Source: Lama guanicoe (Eukaryota). From it: a stretch of DNA of 64,000 nucleotides. The position numbers and the translations under genes are program-made. Shown here piece after piece: positions 38,162-51,220 of this stretch (position 1 is the stretch's first letter; each line of letters opens with the position of its first letter). The notes below the pieces were generated by a model. It saw only the letters and a program-made list of their open reading frames with translations. It had not been told where the DNA came from and did not search any database. The stretch lies in assembly GCA_013239625.1 (NCBI GenBank), contig MU053487.1, forward strand, positions 1,695,058 to 1,759,057, in the 5' to 3' direction.

Positions 38162-40778
38162 TTTTGTATATGGTTGCACAGTCAGGATATTCAGATTACT
38201 TGGGGATTTTTCTCGAAAATTTTTTTCAAATATAGTTTGAGAACTTTGGTATCTTGAAATAAGACCAGTGTATTTATTATTTGAGAACTAAAGTGTTGTA
38301 ATTCAGAGCTCACAACAATTTAGTTCTCAATAAATAAATGCACTTTTGTAATCAAAAATATTTGAAATATAACTTATTTTCTTAGGCAAGAATTTCAACT
38401 TATTTTTATAATTAATTCTATGCAGTGTTGCTCGCTTTGGGAAGGTTAAGCTGATAAAGCAATATATTTGAGAAAGCCATGTTTTGCCTGGAGGGTAATT
38501 TCCGAAGGATATTTATGTATACATAGGAATTCAGGAAGGACATCATCTTTGCATGTGCTGGGATTCTTCCTTAGGGAGAGCTGATGGGATGAGGGTATGC
38601 AGTGCCATCTGGATTGGGGGTGGCATGTGAAAGATTTCTGTAACCCATTAGGCAAAAACGTTTTTCTCCTATAAAACAAGAGCCCTTTGTATCTCAGAAT
38701 GCATATAAATGACAGCTCGGAATGCTAGGCTTAATTACTCTGACAGTTTTATCCTTCTCTGCTATTAAGATGTGTAAGTTATTAATACTATTTTTAAAAA
38801 TATATGTACATTTTCATCAGTCACTGAATCATAGTCCCTATCTCTGTCTTATTTATGAAGATTTGGTGGATGGATGATGAAATGATTTTTAGGACTTTTC
38901 CCCCCAAATCAGAAAGATGTTCTTGAGATGGGTATAGGGGAAATCATCTTTGACTTGCAGGTGACTTATTTTTTAATTCAAGTGTTTGGGCTGCTTAACT
39001 TTTCCCCCAAATGCTATTGGATTAACGAGTCTGAAGAGGTCAGCCTGTCTTTAATCAAGTCTTTCAAAGAAATAGCTGAGTCTCAGTCTTTCAATACCAA
39101 CCAGAATATCCTAAATGTAACTGACCTCTTTCCCAACCCCAGGAGCTGAGAAGCAGTGAAGTATTAACATTCATAGTGGACATCTGACACAATCTCCCTG
39201 TCTTTCTTTCTTTTTTTAATTGTAAAAAATTGTCTTGGTATTTCTTTATTGACAGAGATTTAAAAGAAGGTGTTGTTTTTGTTTAGTTTCCCTCCTCCCC
39301 CCTTTTTCCCCTTTCCTTCACATACCATGACTTGGCTGAAAGTGGTAGGGAAGTGAAACTAAAGAAAATAAAGACAGTAGGATATTGAGCTTTCTTTAAA
39401 GAGATCCTCATAGGAACATCAGCAACACATCGTTTGTATTTGTTTCCCTTCATTAAACGTCAAAAAAAAAAAAGATTTTTTCTGAAAAACCTTTTTTTCT
39501 TAATTGACTCTTTTGGACTTCTGCTAAGTAAAAATTTTTGCACACTTGATCTTCAGGACGCATGTTAAATGCACAGAGGTTAAAACAGGTGGTTCTAGAG
39601 ATGCCCTCACTAAAATGCTCAGACCACTGAGAGAAATGGCATGCCCAGATCTAGCCCTTTGACTTAGTGGAAGGAAATGATTCCTCCTGTAAAATGGAGA
39701 AAGACACCAATATCCTGCTGGCCTCCCCTAGCAGTGGTTACATTAGCAGCATTTTTAAGTCAAAAATTCCATTTTGAAAGGTCATTATTATTTCTTTAGT
39801 TTTAGTTTATCTTAAAATGGACCTGCCTGTTAAGCCTCTGTCCCTTTAGCAGGTGACTTGTTGATCATTTAGAAAACCTACACGTATAATACGGTGTCTG
39901 TGTTTACCTTTAAAATCTTAGTACTTTGAAAATAGTTTTATGTTAATTCCTAAACACAGTCATTGTATTTCAGGACCATTGCACCCTATTTTGTTTAGAC
40001 TTCTGTTTTTCTGTTTATTAAAACTTAATGTGATCTGCCTTTCCCCAGCATGTAATGACTATGGAATTTCATCTCCCCTACGTTGTATATTAAACACGAG
40101 GTAGATAAGAAGTGAATGCTAGAGAGCAGAAGCTAAGAAGAAAGTCACTGTGTTTTCTGTGTGTGTGGAAAACTAAGATACATTAGCTGGAACCTCATAT
40201 TCCTTCCCCGTGAATTTCATTTTGTTCTCACTTGTTTTCTGCGCCCTGCCCCCCCCCATATTGATTGATGGCTTCTTTTCAATGTTGAGAGTCTGGCAGG
40301 CAATCTGTTTACTCAGTGAGCGCTTATCATTGCCAGGTAATCATTTCAGGAACGTAGCTCTACGGCTCTCCCATCCTCAGGTGGATCGTGCCAAGTTTGC
40401 ACGCCCTGCCTTGATGCGAACTTGTCCCTCTTGGCTCTCGCTGGCGGCTGCATCTCCACAGCCCCGGAGGAAACCGCTAGCTCAGGCTCCCAGGCACACA
40501 GGTGTCTCCAGCAGTTTCATTCACATTGACCTTGATGCTGAACAAGCTAAATCTGTTTGAAAACTGGAGATACTAAGATGGAGGAGCGCTGCGTGAGAGT
40601 GGTGTACGCTTCTAACCTGTTCTTTCCTTTTTCATTTCCATGTTTTCTAAAAGTGATACCTAGTTTCTTAATTTTTTTTCCTCTTAGGGGAAAAGTAGCT
40701 TTACAGTCAGGCAAGAATCTGGGCTCCCTCAGCGTATCCAGAACATCTGATACAATGCCTTTTTTTTTTATTTTTCAG

Positions 40779-40816
40779 TCAGTTTGCTCCCAGGAAAGCC
40801 TTTTTGTGGAAAACAG
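40779..40816 (+). CDS. ARPP21: ARPP21 coding exon 10: SVCSQESLFVEN(S/R)
   Basis: Poly-T plus tttttcag acceptor, CAG|gtaaaa donor, 38 nt, phase 0/2. Confidence 0.93.
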
Positions 40817-42685
40817 GTAAAATGAAATTTGCTTTTTCATGTCTTTAGAGGAACAAAATCTGTCATGTGTGTCCTGTATATCCATAGATATATATCTCTC
40901 TCATATATAAGTGTGTGCTTGAATATATGTATAAATAAATACATATATCTATGCGTACACACATATATATGCACACATATATGTTATTTAGCATGTCTAA
41001 AAGCTGCTTATTTTGGGCAAAAAAATTCTCTCTCAGTTACTTTGGAACATAAATTTCAACATTTTCCTTATTTGAAGTCTCAACTTCTGCCTTCCAAAGG
41101 TGTAATCCTGTTACCTTCCCCTGACGTTAAAAAGTATAAATGTTCAGACCACACAGGAAATTGCAGTTTCATTGGCTTTACTGATTTGGCTGCTAAAAGT
41201 TACTTGTGTATTTGGTGTTATTGGCCACTTCCTGTGCCCCGTAATTATGTGTAGCTGTGCAAGTAATTGTTTGAATAATACTGTTTTAAATTTCTCATTC
41301 TAAATAGTCTATCAGTCTTCATAAAAGGCTAACTTGGAAAACTTATCTAAGCTGATCTAGATTTACTAGTGTATCTGGCTGGGTGTTAGCAGGGGAGGTG
41401 CTGGTTGTAAAATGAATGTGTTAAAATATTTATACAAAGTCTTGAGTAAAAGAGCAGAACTTTTCAAACTTAATGTGTACCTTTTTAAAAAATTCATTCT
41501 AAACCGATACAGATATTAAAATGCTCCATTGATTTAACTGCAGATTTTCAAGGGGAATTAAGGAATTCCACATCAGCTGTACTGATCACATTTAAGACGC
41601 ATCACAACGGGCAACTTGGATTGGAAATATGGTCTCCATTTAAAAAGTGGTGGCTAATTTCATTTCAGGTGTTGGCTTAATGGGTGTTCTGTTATCAATA
41701 TAAAATTTATTAAAATGGAGGCTATTTTATTAAATTCCAGTACCTACAGAAAATTTACACTGGGCATTAGAGATGATTGGTTTTTAAAAATGCTGTCATT
41801 CATATTCGCAGTTAGAAATCTTCAGCTGAATAACCTCTTGTAGAAGAAAGGATGAAAGCAGTGAACAAGTCTTTATAAGGCATCAAAAGCACCATCAAAA
41901 ATCCATAGAGATTTAGACAGATATTCCTTACAGTTAAAGAATCTCTGAGCATTAACATCTTAGGGATGATTCTGAAGCATTCCAAAATTCTCTATCCTTA
42001 CCGAAAAGATTGAGCGTTTAGAATTCCGTTTTGTAGGATGCCTCATTCCCTATTCTTCTATCCATTTTCCCTACTGACTCTTTAATCTTATTCATTCACT
42101 TGTGTTTTTTATTAAAAAAGACGGCTAATGCACTTAAGTGTCCCTAGTATTCAAATTGGGTTATATTCATCAACACAGTAATTGGTCACAAATATGCATT
42201 GCTTATATGAATGAATCTGAATGGTCCCCAAAAGCAAAAATCTAATCGAGTAGATCCCATACAAAAATGAATATATTTCTTAGATACTTGCCTTTAGATG
42301 CCATATTTCACTATGCCCCCAAAATAGAAAATAAGTGTAATGTGACCCAAGGGAAAAAATTGCGAATAATATATTTAATGGATTAACTATTATATCTGTA
42401 TCAGTTTCTTTTATTCTCCTCTTGTCTTCCATTCCGTCTATTCTTTCTTCCCTCCCTTCTCCCTTATCTAACATCAGTGCCTTAATCTTAGGGTGGGGAA
42501 AAATAAAATCCTAAGGTAGGCTGCCATTCATTTACTAGGGCAAAATTCAACATCATGCAAGTAAACCCTAGTGTGTGGGGTGATCTGCAAGACAGATGTG
42601 CTATAGTGGATTACACATGCTTCTAACGTAAGGCATTTAGTACCCTTAGATTTTACATCATAAAAATCATGTTTTTCATTTCCAG

Positions 42686-42745
42686 TAGGCTCTTGGAAGA
42701 CAGTAACATATGCAATGAGACCTATAAGAAAAGACAGCTCTTTCG
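42686..42745 (+). CDS. ARPP21: ARPP21 coding exon 11: (S)RLLEDSNICNETYKKRQLF(R)
   Basis: ttccag|TAG tandem acceptor, TCG|gttggt donor, 60 nt, symmetric phase 2. Confidence 0.92.
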
Positions 42746-45700
42746 GTTGGTATGGTTTAATTTCTTAAAACTATGTTTTCAGATTATGTGGGAGAATCAA
42801 TGTTAACTATAAGTGTATTAGTGTAAAATATCTCTGTTCATGAAATGAAGTATGTTTGGTTTTCTCTTTGTAAAGCTTGTTACAGAGCTAGTGTTAAAGC
42901 CACATTGAATCATGTGAGATTCGGGGCTGGGGAACCACTGCTTTGTATCCAGGCCTTTAGAGTTCTTCCTCTTTTTTTTCTTCCCCCCACCCGGGCTAAC
43001 TTTGGCAGCACGCTGATTTCACATTCCCGAATCCACTTTGCTGCATTACACTGAGTTAAAGTTTCTCTGACAGGTTGCAGTTGCATACACATTCCCAGTC
43101 CTGGAAAATAAATCAATGATAACTCTATTTGAGTAGTTGATTTTTGACCACTACTATCCATCATAATATTTCCAACAATATTTTTTTCAAGCTCAGATTT
43201 TATTTCTAAAGAAAAGTAGGGGATTGTTTTCAATTATAATGAACTACTTAAATCAGGATCTATGTGGCAGGTAGGGAATAGATTTTATATATATATACAT
43301 ACACACATATACATAGAAAATATATATGTAATTTTATACTATTGTATATAATAAAATATATAAAATTTTATATGAGGCTAGCGAGTGCCATGAAAGCAGA
43401 GGGACTATACCTGTTCTCATGTTACTTTATTAAATGTATCTCTAGCCTCCATTATAGGGCCAAGGATACACAGTGCTATATGTATGTATTATATGTATAT
43501 TCATATACATATACATTATATATATTCAATACCTAAATACCATGTATTTAATATGCTACTGCTTTTATGAATATTAGGGTTCATATCTGAGTAGGAAAGG
43601 CAAAACAAACTTCTTGATTGCTTAGAAGAAAGAAAATACCCCCAAAAGTAAATGGATTCTGTGCTCAGAGCATATCTTTCTGCTATAAATCTAGACTTTG
43701 GACCTCATCATTGGAAAAGTTAGAGTAATTTCTTCTCTCTACACTTTGGCAAAAGCGAAAAACAGGATCTGTATTTTGAAATGTTGTTTACTTTCCTGGG
43801 TTGCACCACATATCTGATACCTTCCTCCTGTATCACTAGACAGTTAATTTTCAAGTATGAAATCTTGCATTCTTTTCCCCCTGGAAAACTCAGAAGGATT
43901 GGACTTCACTAGTACTCCTGCGCTCAGACATCATGACCTGGTTTGTTTAGGTCAATGTGGAAAAAATATGGGTTCTTGACCCCTAGCGGCCAGTTAGTTT
44001 TATGTAGCCCCGAATCTCATCCCTAGCCAGAGACCATCTACTTAGGTCAGCCATCCCAAATATGGACGCTATAACCCACCACGATCACCAAGCACAGACA
44101 CTCAGGCATATAACTTAGCTCAAAGCCATCCGCACACTGATAAAAGCAATTCAAAGTGTACATCATGCCTAACTTGGTTTAAAAAGATACCATATTCAGA
44201 CAGGAAGGAAAATAAAAGTTATCAGTTATGTTAATTAGCACAGAAGCAGAACTTAGAATATGTGCTTTATTATGACCCTGGAGTCAAATTCTAGTTACAT
44301 ACAAGAGGGCCGACTCCTCCTGACGACCAGATATCTCAGTATCACTGTCGTGCTGATCAGTGTCTTCCTGGTTTCCAGTGGAAGGGGACCAGGACTGGGC
44401 TGAAGAGGAATGGGAAGACACTTATTTTTTTGTATGTTTCTATGATGCCTGTAATTCTACACCCAAAGTGATATAAAATTCAGTTCTGAACCTTACTTTG
44501 CCAGTGTTAAGGTGAATGATCAGTAGAGAGGGTCATAAAAGATACTTTTTTGGATAAATATCTGGAGGTCATAAATTAGAATTAGGTGCATTATTTTGAA
44601 TCTCATTAATGCTGACTCTCTAAAGCAACAACTTAAATTCCATTTTTGTTAAATGCCCAGATCTTGACTTGGAATGATGATTTGAGCCAGTGGAGTAGAG
44701 GCAGAAGAAGTTGAGGAAATCTTAGGTTGCCGTGTTAGCCGGAAGATGTGGCAGGAGTCTGGAGGAACTCCCCAGGGTTTAGGAAACAGCTCTATCGAGA
44801 TGAAGAGCACAACCTACCGCGCACTAAAATGCACCTAGGAACAGTGGTGGACATCTCCTTTGCAGAGAGAGGCTGGGCCACACTGGCACTTAGAGGAGGT
44901 CTGAGTTCCGCCTGTGGAGGTGCAGAGTTGATAAGGAGAGGGTGCGTGAAGCAGAATTAGTGATGATCACCATCATGTGGGGCATTACTTCCTGGCGTAC
45001 CTTGTGCTGAAGCTAAGGCCCACCTCAAATCTTTTCCTATAATATTCTAAATGAGCTACAGGGGAGATTATTGTCACATCCCTGGCACATTCACAATTGC
45101 TAAATAATGATTTAGTCAGGCTTTGTCAAGGGTGGGTCAAGTGAATCAGAATTATGTGAGAAAAGAATGAAGTTGAATTTGGAGACTGAAAGGGAAACAG
45201 TCAGGAATAGAGCACCAAGCCCTTGAAAAGGCTGGTTTTTCTCCACCCGACTTCCTCTGGGTGCTTGAATTTCACAGGAGTTTAAGTCACCTGGCCATTG
45301 CTGAGTGTCTGATTCTTGCTACTCACAAAATGGTCTTTCTCTAAATGGTCCTTGTTTCTATGGGCCGCCATCCCTGAGGTGGTAAGAGAATGTTTGTAAG
45401 AAAACCTTGAGGGAGGATAGCCGGGCACCGAGGGCCTCTTGTGAGTTTTCTGTTGCCTTCTCTCCCCTCACTTTACAGAGTTCTTATCACAGACTAGCTA
45501 TTTCATTTTTATTATCTCTTGGATCCATTTCCCTTCTTAAGTTTTCAGGAAATAGAAGAAAAGAAAAGCTGAGTAAGAAAAGCTGAAGCAAAACCTGAAA
45601 TTTTTTGTTTACTTTCTGTACAGTTTGGTTAGTGAGTGTTCCAGTCAGATCCACTTATTTCTAGCTCCCAACAACCCACAACAATTTAGAAGAACATAAA

Positions 45701-46712
45701 TGTAGTAAATCTACTGTTCACATCTGTGAGGGTTGGATCAAGATTTGTGTCCCATTGCACAATGATACAAAATTAGGGCTTAGATCTATTGCCCATGATT
45801 TTTGTCCCCTTTAGTTGTTTATAACCCATGAGAATCTTCGAATGGTTTGATGATCCATTATTTCCAGCGGCAGAAAAGGCTCTGAAAATATTTAGTGAAG
45901 TTACTCTTTAAACAGTTGGAAACCAATGAAAATGCAGATTTCATCCACTTTCTCTCTAAAATACCTGCAGTTTTGCACATGGCTTAGAAGTACTCTGGAG
46001 TCTTCAAAATTCACTTCTGGCTATTGGACCTCTTCCAATCAGTTCCTTTTCTATTTGCATTTTGAACAAATGTGTCGTTTCATCCATGGAGCTCTTTTGT
46101 GACTTCCGTTGGCCTCCTTGGAAAGTTTCGCGTCAGTGTAGTGTCCACGCCGTTGTTGCTATCACGAGTTTCTCTATGTGAGAGTGCAGAAAGGGCTCTT
46201 TCCTCTGCCCCTGAAGGTTAAAGTCACTGGGCAAAATTGGCACCATAGGTTAACAGAGGAATGTATAATTTCTGTGCTCTCTACCAAGGCCTGAATGAAT
46301 TCAGATCTAGATCTCATCAAGTTAGAAACTAAGTTAGCAAATGGCTTCTTTGGAACTGTGTGCATTTCCCCATGGTCCGCTTACTTAACGCTCAAGGGAA
46401 AAACAAAACTCTCCTTCCCTGGGAGTTGCTTCTAGGATCATTCAACATCATAATTACTTTTACACATTGACTCATTGTTGATGTGGGTCAGGAGAACTTA
46501 TCCCCCTCTCTCCTTTCCACAAGAGAAGATAGCAATTCTGTTTTGTATTTTTCTTGTTTCTCCTTCACTGGCAGAGGGGTCGTGTGACATTTCTAGGTTT
46601 TGGTTTTCCTGTTTGTAACCTGAGTGTCACATGTGATGTGTTCCCTGTCTGTACATCCATGAGGTGTCTGTGGCGCTGTTTGCGAGACGGCAGGTGTCAG
46701 AGAGAGGGTTGA

Positions 46713-47057
<345 letters not shown>

Positions 47058-47194
47058 TAGTACTGAGTGGGTTTATGTGTCCTGTGATCGTTTCAGGATT
47101 CTAACCCAAGCTGTAGAGGCACCTCTCTCTCTGACTTCCAGTTAACTAAAGATGATGATGTGACTTACGGGGAAAAGCTACCAAGTCAGAACAT

Positions 47195-47405
47195 GCAATT
47201 TAAGTAGCAATGTGGGCCCCCGCTAGCTGTGTGCCAGGTCCAGTCATGCACCTCTCAAATCTTTAGCATCCTTACCTATGAAATGTAGGTGGTAATAGAA
47301 TGCAGACTTGGCAGACTATTTAAAGTTTAAATGTGATCATTTATATAAAAATAGTTACCAAGGCACCTGCACAAGGCAACTATTTAACAAAGGTTAGCTG
47401 TTTTT
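47195..47405 (+). mobile_element. MIR SINE fragment
   Basis: ctagctgtgtg...catccttacctatgaaatgtaggtggtaatag...aggcacctgcacaaggcaactatttaacaaaggttagctg. Confidence 0.55.
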
Positions 47406-47491
47406 TTTTAATTTACTATGATGATTTATTCCTTTAAACCACAGTGTGAGCTAATTATGGTATTAATAGTTTCAGTTCTTGCTTTAGTACA

Positions 47492-47590
47492 CTTCTTTTT
47501 TCCTCCGTAACAGGCACTGGGGATTAAACCCAGGACCTCAGGCACACCAAGCCCGTGCTCTCCCGCCAAGCTTGTGCTCCACCCACAGCG
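47492..47590 (-). mobile_element. Diverged tRNA-derived SINE (vic-1-like) within a MIR-like region
   Basis: ggcactggggattaaacccaggacctca..., flanked by gctttagta / gcttagta. MIR core gggcaagttacttaacc...tttcctcatctg follows. Confidence 0.7.
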
Positions 47591-48611
47591 TGCGCTTAGT
47601 ATGATCCAGGGCAAGTTACTTAACCTGTTTGTTTCCTCATCTGAGAAAAGGGACCTGTGCTTCAAGGTTATCCCAAAGGCTCAGAGTTAATATACACAAA
47701 GCAATTCAAATTATGCCTGCAGGTTACAAGCCTGCAGTAAACACTAGTTCTTGCTTATTTTCATAATTTCTATTTGATGTTTTTGTCCCTGCTTTGCAGA
47801 TAAGGAAAGTGAGCTTCAGAATGCTTTCAATTTTTCTAAGCAGCTAGACGCATGCTTCCTTTTTTTCCCCCCTGTTTTCTTCTAAGTGAGTAGTGATCTT
47901 TTGACGTAGGTAATTAGGTTTGCATAGCCAGTCTTTGGGAGATGCATGAGGATGAGCGATCTAGGAGAACCATTAACTTAGAACAACTTGACGCTGACTG
48001 AAGTGTCAGCATGGTGAGGCCCCTGTGAGCCCGCACAACCCACCCCCCCCAGCCTGCCAGCATGAGCACTTATCTCCCCGGAGCCCCTCACCATTATTTT
48101 CAAGGTATTTTCAAGTGGCCACAATTAAAATATGAGAAAATCCCAGGAAGTTGACAGATGACAGTTCAGTAGCCCTCCGCGAACTTAAGTTCCTGACGTT
48201 AGCATGTACTCCCTTCTGGCTTGGGTTTGGCTTTGCCTCAGAGGTTTGAAGGCCCTGACTCTTTGCCTGGGTTGGGGTAGAGAGTTGTGATCCAGTGTTG
48301 TGCCCTGGGCGTCATGATACACTGCTGATGCGTTCGGTGTGTTCATGGCCTGGGTGTGCAGGGACTGGGAGGCCAGGGCCCTGCGGGGAATGAAGAAAGG
48401 ACACCACCACCCAGCGGTGAACAGGGGCTGCCCTCCATCGTGAATACCTCCCCAACCAGGCTTCCCACCAGCGCTGGGGGAGACTCTGTGAGATCTCGGC
48501 TCATTATGCTGATGCCTTAACATAATTATGTTGTTGACAAGTGCTTCCTAAGAAATTATCTTGTGTTTTCCTACATAAGCAGAAAATTAATAGCATTTAG
48601 TCACAGCCACC

Positions 48612-48724
48612 ACATATGTATATACACACATATATATAACGTATGTGTGTATATATACATAACATATATCGTGTGTGTGTATATATACATAACATATATC
48701 GTGTGTGTGTGTGTGTATATGTAT
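48612..48724. repeat. Alternating purine-pyrimidine repeat containing a duplicated 30-bp unit
   Basis: gtgtgtatatatacataacatatatc occurs twice at 30-bp spacing (48641-48700). Confidence 0.9.
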
Positions 48725-49794
48725 TCTGTTTCTTAGAAAGATTCAGGTGGGCTCACATTTCCTTCTGTCATTTTTATTCACCAACTGGTGAATTCTTGAT
48801 TTCTTAGTCTAATTAATTGCTCTTATATCCCACTATTGCAGCAACTGAAGTCAAGAAACTCCACTGTGGTGCACTTGAGCTCTTGTAAACTAAGAAAGGT
48901 TAAATAGTTTTAAATCTCCTTCAAACGCAGAAACTGAGTACCTTAAATGGTGCACTTAAAAATTCCAGCACACCAAAAGAGCTCTTAAGATTTTTAAATT
49001 AATCCTCACCCTCCGTGCACCAACCCCCAATCATTTCCAAAGCAAAGCTCTCTGGAAACATTTAAAACGCTTCGAGAATGCGAAAATGCCACGTTCTTTG
49101 AAGCATGATGAGAAATTGTAAGTGGTTCAGACATTTTTTTTTTCTTTTAATCTAAGTGTCTCCATTTGAAAGCTTGTCAAGGTACAGGAGTGGAAAGGAA
49201 AAAAAAAAAAAAAGAAGAAGCTCCAGATAGGGTGTCAAAACAAACTTCCAGTTTCCAAGATGGTTTTGTGAAGCGGAGCTGTCAGTCTTGCTGTCACGGA
49301 GCTTCAGAACAGCACATGTTTCCCAGTTTCACCGCACTGTTCACGGTGGAGCTGCAAACTTTGCGTGACCTTTTAGAAACTGAGTCTGGAGCTGTGACAT
49401 TTAAGTTACTCTTCTCCACCCCCAAGTACATAGGTTGTAGCTTCCAACAGATAATAAGGAGACTTTTTCCAAGTGGGAAACATGTTTTCCTACATTTTGG
49501 GTAAAGTGTTACTAAAGTCAGAGCACATCCTCCCGAGATCCGGGCTGTCCTTCCCTCAGTGCGCCCCCGGCACCGAGCACGGCAGCGGCCACCCATCAGA
49601 GCGCCAGCGCAGGCCTGTGGGTCCACGGTGTCATCACAGCCACACGGAGAAAAGGACTTCAGTGGTGTCCACAGTGCAGCCTCGGCTGTTTCTCGCCGGT
49701 GACCCCGTGGTTGAGAAATAAGACTAGGACATCTGTTTCCACCCTGGCCACACCGTGTTGTTTCGCTTGCGTCCCTCCCTCTCGATGTCCAGAG

Positions 49795-49883
49795 CAGTGC
49801 TTCTCAGCTTTGCCTCAGGACCCCAGGAAGGATTTGGTAAAGTTCAAGTTGCTTGTCCACAAACCACGCTTGAGAAACCACTG
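49795..49883. mobile_element. Internally deleted MER5-like hAT element with terminal inverted repeats
   Basis: cagtgcttctca ... tgagaaaccactg termini, flanked by tccagag / ctctgga. Confidence 0.65.
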
Positions 49884-50189
49884 CTCTGGAGAAACAAGAC
49901 AGCCTTCTGTTTGGTTTTAACAGTGTTACCCGGCCGCCTGGCATCTTGTTTTCTGGGTGCAAGGGTCACCTTCCTGGTCCACACCCCAGAGGGTTTCTGG
50001 GGCCAGTGCACGACTCCTCCTCTTTCCACCGCCTCCTTTTCTAGTGTTCGTTGTCACCACTACACTAGCACGTCCATGATATTCGCCCTCCTTGTCATTT
50101 CAGAAGCTTTAGGTTATGCTACTGAACTCTGACCCCTGGATCTGGAAACATTTTCTTGAATTCAGGAAAAAAAAATACTTCTGGCTCAG

Positions 50190-50680
50190 GGTCCTTATGT
50201 AAGAAAAATTGCATCTGACCAGTTAAACAGGCAAGGAAGACTTTACCCATAATCCAACAGAGGTCAAGACTGCTGCAGTCAGAAGTGGGAGACCAGACTC
50301 AGCCTGCTGACAGGAAGGCAGGCTCCCACAAAGACTGGCAGATAAGGGTGCTAACATTTTTAATGATTATACTTCTAAGGGATGGCTCCCAAGTCCTTTA
50401 GAAAAGATCTTCCTTTGGGGTGAGGGGTGGGTACAGCTCAGTGGTAGAGCACATGCTTACCATGCCTGAGGTCCTGGGTTCAATCCCCAGTACTGCCATT
50501 TAAGAAAAGGAAAGAAAGAAGAAAGACCTTCGTAGGTACTACAACTAGTAAGTGGCCAAGAGAGGATTTGCATCTTAAAGGGACAGAAATGCTGTAAGAA
50601 AAGGAAGGTGCAGGGCCTATTGTCAGAAGAAACTTCCTAGAGTGTAGTTAGGCTGAGGGGAACTTTAAGGCCATCATCAT
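50190..50680. mobile_element. Probable ERV LTR fragment interrupted by a SINE
   Basis: gaccagttaaacaggcaaggaagacttta... resembles ERV1-class LTR text. Family not assignable by eye. Confidence 0.4.
50417..50520 (+). mobile_element. tRNA-derived SINE (vic-1-like)
   Basis: A-box tacagctcagtggtagagc, B-box gggttcaatccc, GA-rich tail, imperfect TSD aaagatcttc / aaagaccttc. Confidence 0.88.
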
Positions 50681-51029
50681 TTAGTCTGTGGCTTATATTT
50701 TACAAACGAGGACATTGAGGTCTAAAGAAGTCACTTCCCATCTTGCTTTCCCTTATGATCTCTTTTCCAGTCTTTTCCTCCCATTTTCCCCCTTTCCTTT
50801 TTACTGTTTCTGTCTTGAGTGTTCACCTGCAGCTCTCACCCACCCGCCCTGATGTCTTCTGTCAGCACCTCCCACAAGCTGCCCCTCAGGGTCAGTTCCT
50901 GAGCATCCTACTCTGAGGAGAATTGAATTTCTGTGCAGTGTCTCCTAGAACTTGGTCCCACCTGGTTCTTGCGGGAATGACTTTAGGGTAACCATCTGAC
51001 CTGCAGGCTTGGAGTGTGGTCAGTGAAGT

Positions 51030-51220
51030 TGCATTGTTGGGTGTGAAGTCAGACTCCACCGTGTGCTAATTTGCACTTGGGAAATTTAACGTCTCTAAGG
51101 GTCAGCTCTCATCTGCCAAATGAGGTTGCTGTGAAAAGTAGATTAGACAATTCATATAGAGTGATTAACACAATGCTTGTCACACAGATGTACTGTTTAA
51201 ATATTTGTCACTATTATCAT
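51030..51220 (+). mobile_element. MIR SINE fragment
   Basis: acttgggaaatttaacgtctctaagggtcagctctcatctgccaaatgagg...ttaacacaatgcttgtcacacag...aaatatttgtcactattatcatt. Confidence 0.6.

Noticed and set aside
40670..40716. Strong-looking acceptor at 40687 upstream of exon 10
   Set aside because: It would add 91 nt and break the frame. The only nearby donor is a GC giving 23 nt, so it is probably a decoy.
50417..50500. tRNA-like sequence with A and B boxes
   Set aside because: It has a purine-rich tail, a TSD and several diverged copies, so it is a SINE rather than a tRNA gene.
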